A model generated the notes under the pieces. It saw nothing but the letters and a program-made list of their open reading frames with translations, was not told the DNA's origin and did not search any database. DNA of 25,399 nucleotides. Source: a virus. Lineage: Duplodnaviria; Heunggongvirae; Uroviricota; Caudoviricetes. Position 1 is the first letter of the stretch. The number at the start of each line of letters is the position of its first letter. Positions 1-6,664 of the stretch are shown here, in pieces. The translations under genes were made by a program, and so were the position numbers. The DNA lies in the IMG/VR virus record IMGVR_UViG_3300005437_000011; one strand, written 5' to 3'.

Positions 1-491
1 CGCGCAGCTCGCAGCATGCGGAGCCCATCCTCACGAAAGCGCGCGTGCGGGTCACCTACGGCCCGCAATAGGCCAGCTTCGATGTCCTCGCGGCCGGCAT
101 AGGGGTCAGCGAACGTGCCGGCGATTGGATCGTATGCGATCGCGTTGATCGTGAAGTCTCGACGCGACAAATCCTGCTCGATGGTATCCAGGAACGTGAC
201 CGAGTCCGGCCGCCGGCCGTCGGAATAGGCGCCGTCCCCGCGGAAGGTCGTCACCTCGAACGGCTCCCCGTCCAGGATGATGCTCACGGTGCCGTGTTTG
301 ATCCCCGTCTCCACTACCCGGTCGAATAGCCCCACCACGGCGTCAGGACGGGCGTCGGTGGCGATGTCCCAGTCGTGGGGCACGCGGCCCATGATTGAGT
401 CGCGGACTGCTCCACCGACCAGCCAGGCCTGGTATCCGGCGCGGCGCAGCCGATGGGAAATTTGAAGGACGTTTTCTGGGGGATGGATCAT
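1..491 (-). CDS. cca: Class II CCA-adding tRNA nucleotidyltransferase, N-terminal part (runs off the window edge)
   Basis: Not in the ORF track; translated by hand from ATG at 491: MIHPPENVLQISHRLRRAGYQAWLVGGAVRDSIMGRVPHDWDIATD...GIKHGTV...EVTTFRGDGAYSDGRRPDSV...DLSRRDFTINA...RFREDGLRMLRAA. Contains GGAVRD, DxD, RRDFTINA and EDxxR motifs. ATGA overlap with the upstream gene's stop. Confidence 0.93.
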   Translation of the reverse strand, partial: MIHPPENVLQISHRLRRAGYQAWLVGGAVRDSIMGRVPHDWDIATDARPDAVVGLFDRVVETGIKHGTVSIILDGEPFEVTTFRGDGAYSDGRRPDSVTFLDTIEQDLSRRDFTINAIAYDPIAGTFADPYAGREDIEAGLLRAVGDPHARFREDGLRMLRAA

Positions 492-1579
492 CGGATTGCC
501 TCGGATATAAGGTCGACGCACAGCCGGTCGATGGCTTCGAAGTCGGGGGTCTTGGGCAGAGGGCTGGTTTTGGCGACCTCCTCAAGGTCCGCGTTCTCGC
601 GCTCCGACCACTCGACGAGCTGCTCGTACGTCCAAGCCCCGGCACGAATGCTGAGCAGCTCGTCCGCGTCGGGTCGGCGTACGACCACCTTTCCTGTTTC
701 GAGGATCTCTCGACACATGCGGACCAAGCGCACGAGGTGCATCGCGTGCTTGGTATCGAATCCGTGTTTGGCCTCGAGCTCCGCGCGCGCTGGGTTGCGA
801 CCTTTCTTCCAGGTCTGGAAGTTATCCCACTCCCGCTTCTTGCCCGCGTAACGCCGTTCCTTGTCCAGTAGTTCGATGAAGTTCTCGCTGAACCCGATGG
901 TGCGCGCGGCGCCGCGCCAGAGTTCCTCACTGCTTGCCACCTGGATTTCGGCTAGGTGCTCGCTCATCTTCTGCAGAATCGCCTCGCGCACGTCGCGCTC
1001 AAGGTCGTCCAGGAAGTCAGCGCTCCAGCCGTCGAGCTTCTGGCGGATGCCGGCGTTGGCGGCGTCAAGCTGGTCCTGCGGTATGAGCGTACGCTCGGGA
1101 AGCGCGAATTCGGCGCGCGTCGGTGGCGCCGTCGGAGGACTGCGGAGCCACCGGTTGTGTCCTCTTATTCGGGACATCTGGGAAGCGGCATAACCGCTAA
1201 AGGTATGCTTGACGCGGCGCGAGATGAAGGCCTCGCGCGCCGCGAGCAGCCGTTCGCCGGCGGCCGACACCTGCAGCCGGTCGGCGTCATCGACGAACAA
1301 GATTTCAAGAATGTTCGGATTGGCCTGCGCTGCCAGTCCGATGAACTTGCGAAGGCAAAATATGGTGAGGTCAACCGGTACGTTGCACACTGCCTGCTCA
1401 AACCGATGCACGCCGCCGAGATAGTACTCGCGCGGTGCGATAGCCACGCCACGGAAGTCTTCGTCGCTCGACGGAAGCGACGTGCCATAGGCTTTACTGC
1501 CGTGGCGCGCCATGAAAATTGTGCGTTCGGGCAGCCAGGCGAGGTTGCCGTTGTAGAGCTTCCAGTCGAAGTTGTTCAT
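488..1579 (-). CDS. DNA polymerase beta-superfamily nucleotidyltransferase (PF10127 Nuc-transf/RlaP-like)
   Basis: HGSKAYGTSLPSSDEDFRGV (GS...DxD), NPNILEILF and C-terminal KHAMHLVRL...ELLSIRAG match this family as I recall it. 363 aa. Confidence 0.82.
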   Translation of the reverse strand: MNNFDWKLYNGNLAWLPERTIFMARHGSKAYGTSLPSSDEDFRGVAIAPREYYLGGVHRFEQAVCNVPVDLTIFCLRKFIGLAAQANPNILEILFVDDADRLQVSAAGERLLAAREAFISRRVKHTFSGYAASQMSRIRGHNRWLRSPPTAPPTRAEFALPERTLIPQDQLDAANAGIRQKLDGWSADFLDDLERDVREAILQKMSEHLAEIQVASSEELWRGAARTIGFSENFIELLDKERRYAGKKREWDNFQTWKKGRNPARAELEAKHGFDTKHAMHLVRLVRMCREILETGKVVVRRPDADELLSIRAGAWTYEQLVEWSERENADLEEVAKTSPLPKTPDFEAIDRLCVDLISEAIR

Positions 1580-1648
1580 GTTGCCATCAATTCCAAAAAG
1601 GGTCGTAGTACAGGTAGCTAAGCGCCACGGCGTCGGCGATTGGGTTCC

Positions 1649-1800
1649 TTAATCAGCCCAGCCCTAAAGGGGCAGAGCCTTTGAGAGATGAGCGCCGCGG
1701 AACACGCAGCTTCGTCTTCTCTTTCCTGCTTCGTCCGGTCGCCTCGAGCACGATCCCGTCCACAGGCTTCAGCGAGCGATTCGCACGCTGTTTCAAAACT
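1649..1800 (-). ncRNA. Probable TnpB omega-RNA scaffold / IS right end (5' extent approximate)
   Basis: Minus-strand hairpin GGCTC-T-GCCC-CTTTA-GGGC-T-GGGCT (1655-1679) followed by GATTAA, overlapping the last tnpB codons. Position and CTTTAGGGC-type loop resemble IS605-group right ends. Confidence 0.6.
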
Positions 1801-2855
1801 TTTGCTGCATTCAGGTCAGCATGATCAACGTAGCCACAGGCAACACAGCAGAAGCGGTCAGCCTTTCGCGACGCAGCGTCAACGACGCCGCACGCAGAAC
1901 ACGTTTGCGAACTGTACTGCGCAGGGACTTCGACAAGCGTCCCGCCGCTCCACGCGAGTTTGTAGCGGAGCATGTTCGCAAACATCGACCAGCCCGCGCT
2001 AGCGATGCTGCGTGACAAGCTCCGATTCCGTTGCATCCCAGCGACCTGAAGTTTCTCAATCACCACGACCCCGTTCGACTTGGCTATCGTCGACGAGAGG
2101 TCGTGGAGAAAATGTTCGCGCTGGCGCCGCACTTTGCGGTGGATGCGCATGACACGGAGCTTGGCCTTCTCGCGGTTCTTGGATCCTTTCTTCTTTCTGG
2201 AAACGGCGCGCTGCGCATGGGCGAGGCGTTTCAAGGCGTGATCGTAGTGCTTTGGGTTCGGCGTGAGATTGCCGTCGGAATCAGCGAGCAGGTTCGTGAT
2301 GCCGCGGTCGATCGCGAGGACTGGATGAGTTCGTGGCACTGGATCAGCGATCTGGACCTCGCAAACGATCGACGCAAACCATTGATCACCGTCACGCTTC
2401 AATGTGCAGGTTTTCGGCTTTCCTTCGATCGGTCGATGCATCACGGCGCGCAGATTTCCAAGTTTTGGAAAGCGAATATAATCACCGTTAAGTCTCCAGC
2501 ATTTGGAGTGTGACTCAGTGAAACTTAGTGGCTCTCCTCCCCGCTTCTTCCAGCGCGGCTCACGGCAAATACGCTTGAAGCAACGCGACCAGGCCTTATC
2601 CAGTTCGACAAGAAACTGGGCAGCAACGTCACGTGGGACATCCGCCAGCCAAGGGAGAACCTTGCGGAGTTGAGTCAGTTCGTTGATCTGATCAAATGCT
2701 GTCGGATAATATTTATCCGTACGCGATAAACCGAGGAGCCGCTGCTCATTGGCTAGATTCCACAGGAATCGCAATGCGCTGTCCCATCGCGCAAGTCTCT
2801 GCTCTTGCGCTTGCGTCGGATAAATCCGAAAACTGAATGCCTTATGGATGATCAT
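1653..2855 (-). CDS. tnpB: TnpB RNA-guided endonuclease
   Basis: N-terminal KAFSFRIYPT HTH; RuvC-I AIDRG, RuvC-II VVIEKL, Zn finger CSACG...CVACG, RuvC-III HADLNAA. All three acidic catalytic residues are present. Confidence 0.95.
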   Translation of the reverse strand: MIIHKAFSFRIYPTQAQEQRLARWDSALRFLWNLANEQRLLGLSRTDKYYPTAFDQINELTQLRKVLPWLADVPRDVAAQFLVELDKAWSRCFKRICREPRWKKRGGEPLSFTESHSKCWRLNGDYIRFPKLGNLRAVMHRPIEGKPKTCTLKRDGDQWFASIVCEVQIADPVPRTHPVLAIDRGITNLLADSDGNLTPNPKHYDHALKRLAHAQRAVSRKKKGSKNREKAKLRVMRIHRKVRRQREHFLHDLSSTIAKSNGVVVIEKLQVAGMQRNRSLSRSIASAGWSMFANMLRYKLAWSGGTLVEVPAQYSSQTCSACGVVDAASRKADRFCCVACGYVDHADLNAAKVLKQRANRSLKPVDGIVLEATGRSRKEKTKLRVPRRSSLKGSAPLGLG

Positions 2856-2949
2856 CGGCTAAGCTCACTGCGGCCCGCTCAAACGGGTCCAGCGCCCCGG
2901 TCGTGTCGCAGCGACGCGGGGTGCAACTCGTTCATAGCATGAGCGGCGG

Positions 2950-3306
2950 TCATCTGCCAACCGCAACAAGTTGCGTGGCGATTAGTTGTCGGAGCTGGCG
3001 CGCCGGAATCACCGGCCATCCGTGTTGCCACGGCCACACTTTCTTCCAGCCTTGTGGCGTGACAGTGAGCACCTGGTTCGGCGCTGGCGTTGCATCGCCA
3101 ACCATCCAGCCAAGGCGAATGAGCGGACCCGCGTTTACGTCCGTCACGTTGAGCAATTCCGCCGCGCGTTTGCGGGTCAATCCGCGCTTGAAGGTTCGTT
3201 CGTGGGCCATCACCGCCACGATCAGCTCGAGAGCATAGGGCGTGATCCCATACGCGATCCGGCAGCGACGGTGCCGCGCTTGCACTGAGTTATCCGGGTC
3301 GTTCAT
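2950..3306 (-). CDS. Hypothetical protein, possibly winged-helix
   Basis: Start moved to ATG 3306 (ATGA overlap with the upstream stop). LTRKRAAELL...LIRLGW...LTVTPQGW pattern. Confidence 0.6.
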   Translation of the reverse strand: MNDPDNSVQARHRRCRIAYGITPYALELIVAVMAHERTFKRGLTRKRAAELLNVTDVNAGPLIRLGWMVGDATPAPNQVLTVTPQGWKKVWPWQHGWPVIPARQLRQLIATQLVAVGR

Positions 3307-3875
3307 GGCCCGCGCCAGCCTTGCTCGCGTAGCAGCCGGCCGACGTCCGGAGCCGTCCACCCGACGGGCTTCTCGACCTTACCGTCCTCCCGGACTCCAC
3401 CGCCGAGCTTCGACATATTTGCGGCGTGAACAGCGCGCGCGAGCGGCTTCAGGTCCACGCCGAACTCGATGGCCGAACCTTGATGGATGTAGTTCATGTC
3501 GAGCCACGAATCGACGAGTGCCGGAAGGTCGACGTGTGCCTTACAGAGCTTGATCAGGAACATCACCTCGGATTCGAGCCTTGCGATCCAACCACGCTGC
3601 GCCCCGTCGTTGTCACCGGACTCCGCGAAGCATGCGGTGAGTTGCTCGAAGAATTCCTCAGCGGACAGGCGCAGCCGAAGCTTTACCCGCTCTTCGTCCG
3701 GAGTCAGCGGCGGTCCGGAGAAGCACGGGATCTTCATCGCGCTCTGAAACTCCCAGACCTGGCAGAACAGGTCGTCCGCCTGCCGGTTCAGGTGCAGCCG
3801 GGTCATCGTTTCCTGCAGCTCGGTCACCTGCTGGCGCAGGCGCGCATTCTCAGCCTCTAGCTCTTCAGTGGTCAC
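3303..3875 (-). CDS. MazG-like (PRA-PH/DR2231-type) nucleoside triphosphate pyrophosphohydrolase with N-terminal coiled coil
   Basis: LRLRLSAEEFFEQ, DSWLD, VHAANMSK...REDGKVEKPVGWTAPD are characteristic of this all-alpha NTP-PPase family. GTGA-coupled. Confidence 0.85.
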   Translation of the reverse strand: MTTEELEAENARLRQQVTELQETMTRLHLNRQADDLFCQVWEFQSAMKIPCFSGPPLTPDEERVKLRLRLSAEEFFEQLTACFAESGDNDGAQRGWIARLESEVMFLIKLCKAHVDLPALVDSWLDMNYIHQGSAIEFGVDLKPLARAVHAANMSKLGGGVREDGKVEKPVGWTAPDVGRLLREQGWRGP

Positions 3876-4153
3876 TTGACATCCTTACCGCCGCAGGGCG
3901 GCGCGATCTTGTCAGCCATCCTCTTCACCCGGAGCGCTAAGTTGCGCAACTTTCGCATTTGATTCTGACCGTAGGCGAATGCCGGTCGTGCTTCCTGCAT
4001 TTGGTAATAATCGATCTCGCGGCGAATGTGTCGGAGAATAGCTTCGTCGTTCGGAAGCGCGTCGCCAAGGCGCATTCGGCTTAGAATCGGGTGCCGCTCG
4101 TCGCACAGCTCCTGCAGCTTCAGACTCCGCCATAATGGGTCCGTGCTCATCAA
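3872..4153 (-). CDS. Hypothetical protein
   Basis: 93 aa, coupled on both sides by 4-nt overlaps. Confidence 0.7.
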   Translation of the reverse strand: MMSTDPLWRSLKLQELCDERHPILSRMRLGDALPNDEAILRHIRREIDYYQMQEARPAFAYGQNQMRKLRNLALRVKRMADKIAPPCGGKDVK

Positions 4154-4428
4154 TCCCCCTTCGCTTCGGCGTCGGGGGCCTTTTCAGCTTTGTCCTTCCG
4201 CCACCGATGCCCACCCGCCACGCACCAAACGGCAACACGCTCGCCGCGCACGAAACACTCGGTCAGGGGGCGCGTTTTGCAGCCGTCTACGTTGCACACG
4301 GTGCCGGCTGGAGCTCGGCGACAGTGCGACGCCCCCGCCGTCTTCCATGGCAGGCCGCACTCGGGGCACGGCTTGTCCTCACCCGCGGGCACTGGATAGC
4401 TGACCATTGGACGGTTGTCGTCGGACAT
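4150..4428 (-). CDS. Cys-rich (putative Zn-binding) hypothetical protein
   Basis: CPECG, CNVDGC and further Cys/His. ATGA overlap downstream. Confidence 0.65.
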   Translation of the reverse strand: MSDDNRPMVSYPVPAGEDKPCPECGLPWKTAGASHCRRAPAGTVCNVDGCKTRPLTECFVRGERVAVWCVAGGHRWRKDKAEKAPDAEAKGD

Positions 4429-4433
4429 GGGGC

Positions 4434-4676
4434 TTACTTCACTCGCACAACGATGTCGCCGGCTGAGGATGCCGGAACATGCGCACCATCGACGACAATC
4501 GGCGGCCTCGCGCGAGCAACGTGAAACACGTGCGCGACGGTGTACTGGATTTCGTCCAGCTCCAGCGTCTCACCGATGCGCGGGACGCACTGGGCGCCAT
4601 CAACAATAACTTCGCCGTCGAACCACCCTGAGTTGTCAGTGGCGCGTGAGTCGGCGTGCTGAACTAGATATCTCAT
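4434..4676 (-). CDS. Hypothetical protein
   Basis: 80 aa, fills the gap in the operon; VPRIGETLEL beta-rich pattern. Confidence 0.7.
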   Translation of the reverse strand: MRYLVQHADSRATDNSGWFDGEVIVDGAQCVPRIGETLELDEIQYTVAHVFHVARARPPIVVDGAHVPASSAGDIVVRVK

Positions 4677-4688
4677 GGAGATACTTTA

Positions 4689-4952
4689 TCAGGTGCCGGC
4701 GTTGGGGGATTTCGTCGTTTGTTTTCGGGCGCGCTCTGCCGTTATCCAGTCGTGGTATCGACTTGAATATTCGTGGAAATTGACCTTTTCAAACGGGACT
4801 TGATTGGACCGCAGCAGCCGAGACCCTTCCTCAAGGTGCTCGCGGTCTTTGAGAGCGGCGGCGATGCGGTCGAGTGCGGAGCTGCACGACGGACAAGTGC
4901 ACAGCTTGCGCCGCACGAAAGCAAGATCGTCTTCGAGAGTCGGGTTAGCCAT
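4689..4952 (-). CDS. Hypothetical protein with CxCxxC motif
   Basis: Start moved to ATG 4952 (overlaps the DUF4326 stop): MANPTLEDDLAFVRRKLCTCPSC... Confidence 0.65.
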   Translation of the reverse strand: MANPTLEDDLAFVRRKLCTCPSCSSALDRIAAALKDREHLEEGSRLLRSNQVPFEKVNFHEYSSRYHDWITAERARKQTTKSPNAGT

Positions 4953-5292
4953 TCGCAATCTCCAGCAGCACGTCAGCGTGGCAAATGTCGCCGCTTTTGC
5001 ACCAACAGGCCAAGTTCTTGCCGGCAAGCTCGTGCCTCGCTTCCTCGGCACTCGGGACGCGGAATAGGGGCTCACTGACCTGCCCGAGCATGTTCTTTCG
5101 ATAGTTCTCGACGGCTGTCCGACGCTGAATCTCAGTGGCCTCCGCGCCGAAACCCGCGCGGATGTCGACCACGTACGGGTTCCCCCACTTCGTGCCGCGG
5201 GTGACACACACCACGGGTAGGCCATTCGGGCTCGTGAGCTTTGAGCCGCGCGCTCGGCTGCGCTGTAGGCGCACTGGGGTAGGGTCAGCCAC
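4945..5292 (-). CDS. DUF4326 family protein
   Basis: VTRGTKWGNPY and ELAGKNLACWC...CHADVLLEIAN are the family hallmarks. Confidence 0.9.
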   Translation of the reverse strand: MADPTPVRLQRSRARGSKLTSPNGLPVVCVTRGTKWGNPYVVDIRAGFGAEATEIQRRTAVENYRKNMLGQVSEPLFRVPSAEEARHELAGKNLACWCKSGDICHADVLLEIANG

Positions 5293-5713
5293 CGCTCACC
5301 TCCTTGCTGGTGGGGGCGTACTTGGCTTCCAGCGCGTTCGCTTGTTGCTCCAGCAGCGCGACCTCTCTAGCGAATGCCTCTTCACGAGCGCGATACTGGG
5401 CAATTCGCTTGTCCAGGTCTGCCCCGCTGAGATGCGCAGGACGCGGGCGTTTGCGCAGCAGCTCACACTCGCTGATGTCCTGTTGGCATTGCTGCCCAAG
5501 AGCGCGAGCGCTGCCGATGCGCATCTTGAGATGCTGCCACTCGACACCCGCTAGCCACCCTTCGAACTTTGTCGCTGCCCGGATGGCGGCGTCGCGGGCC
5601 TCAACAGCCGCCAGCGCGTCAAGGTAGTCCTGACCGCTCATGTGCACGCCGCGGTTTAGATGCACGTTGAGCAAGTCGCTTGAGAACTTCGCGGCACTCT
5701 CAATTTCAGCCAT
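5285..5713 (-). CDS. Hypothetical coiled-coil protein
   Basis: ATG 5713 has AGGAG at suitable spacing. Alternative GTG start at 5740 is coupled to the upstream stop. Confidence 0.7.
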   Translation of the reverse strand: MAEIESAAKFSSDLLNVHLNRGVHMSGQDYLDALAAVEARDAAIRAATKFEGWLAGVEWQHLKMRIGSARALGQQCQQDISECELLRKRPRPAHLSGADLDKRIAQYRAREEAFAREVALLEQQANALEAKYAPTSKEVSGG

Positions 5714-5736
5714 TGGTACTCCTAGGGTTGGGTGGG

Positions 5737-5994
5737 TCACTTGCTGGCCGCCCGCTTGACTGCACGAGCTTCGCGGCGCGCAATTATTCTCCGGGTGATG
5801 CGATCGTCCCAGGCCTCGTCATTCGGGCCATCTTTCCAGCAGCCGCTGCAAATCTCGAACTCGCCACGATGGCCAGGTCTATCCACCAAGAACGTTGTTT
5901 TAGCGCGATCCGTGGGTGTCCCACACGCGGCGCAGCGTAGCGGGCGCTTGCTCACTTCCGGGCTTTCCTTGCGAGCGTCTGATTGGGGCCACAT
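5737..5994 (-). CDS. Small Zn-finger-like hypothetical protein
   Basis: CAACG...CSGC pair. Confidence 0.6.
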   Translation of the reverse strand: MWPQSDARKESPEVSKRPLRCAACGTPTDRAKTTFLVDRPGHRGEFEICSGCWKDGPNDEAWDDRITRRIIARREARAVKRAASK

Positions 5995-6215
5995 AGTGTT
6001 TTCGCCAATCGCTCAGCCTTAGGCGGGATCTTGTTGAGCTTGTCGATGGCGCGAGCCTCGCCAAGGAACCACATTCTCGCCGCCTCAGCCTCTTCTGCCC
6101 GCCCGGTCCAATAGGAGGGCTGGAGACTTATCTTGGCGCAGCGCGCGAACTCCTCGCGTCTCTTGAGCAGCACCCTCGCGCAGTAGCGAAGGGTTCGGGG
6201 GTCGTAGGGCTTCAT
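5952..6215 (-). CDS. Hypothetical protein
   Basis: Start moved to ATG 6215 (ATGA overlap): MKPYDPRTLRYCARVLL... Its 3' end overlaps the next gene by 43 nt. Confidence 0.55.
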   Translation of the reverse strand: MKPYDPRTLRYCARVLLKRREEFARCAKISLQPSYWTGRAEEAEAARMWFLGEARAIDKLNKIPPKAERLAKTLCGPNQTLARKARK

Positions 6216-6664
6216 TTCGCCATCTCTCCGCGACACCATTCGGCAGCCGCTTCGAGGGCTTCCGCGTGCGATGCGCCTGCGAACGTCAGCCACTTCAGCC
6301 CGGAGTGCACCTCAACGCGATAGCTGCAAACGCGCAGGCTGGGTGCCCCCATTCGCCAAGCCTCAATCGCCTCCCAAGCCGCACTCTCGCGCGCCGCTAG
6401 CTCGAGGGCGTCGCGAATGACATTGAACCAGCCGACCTGACCGAACCTGGCCTGTGCCGCGTCCAGCGCCACCAGCGCCTCTTTGAGTTGCGCGCTCACG
6501 GCTGCTCCTTTGCTGGAGCGCTGAGGGGCTCGCACGGTGGGCTTCATTGGTTTCTCAATTGGCAACAGACGCATGCGCAGATCGAATCGACGTTGCCAGC
6601 CTAGTGCGCCGCGAACGGGTAGCTTGTCGGTCCAATTCCAGAGAAACTCAGCGACGTCCTTCAC
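6212..6664 (-). CDS. Hypothetical protein
   Basis: 150 aa, GTGA-coupled to the upstream gene. Confidence 0.6.
   Translation of the reverse strand: MKDVAEFLWNWTDKLPVRGALGWQRRFDLRMRLLPIEKPMKPTVRAPQRSSKGAAVSAQLKEALVALDAAQARFGQVGWFNVIRDALELAARESAAWEAIEAWRMGAPSLRVCSYRVEVHSGLKWLTFAGASHAEALEAAAEWCRGEMAK

Larger units (their letters stand above)
1649..2870 (-). mobile_element. IS200/IS605-family element carrying tnpB only (no tnpA); left boundary uncertain
   Basis: tnpB plus a typical subterminal right-end hairpin. No Y1 transposase is adjacent. The left end is not clearly identified. Confidence 0.65.

Noticed and set aside
1-491. Poly(A) polymerase (pcnB) or CC-only enzyme
   Set aside because: It has GIKHGTV rather than the PAP G[RK][RK]F signature, and the flexible loop is not deleted.
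1617-2864. 7-bp direct repeat gctaagc flanking tnpB (1617-1623, 2858-2864) as a target-site duplication
   Set aside because: IS200/IS605 elements do not make TSDs, the right copy lies about 25 nt beyond the likely end, and 7 bp is within chance.
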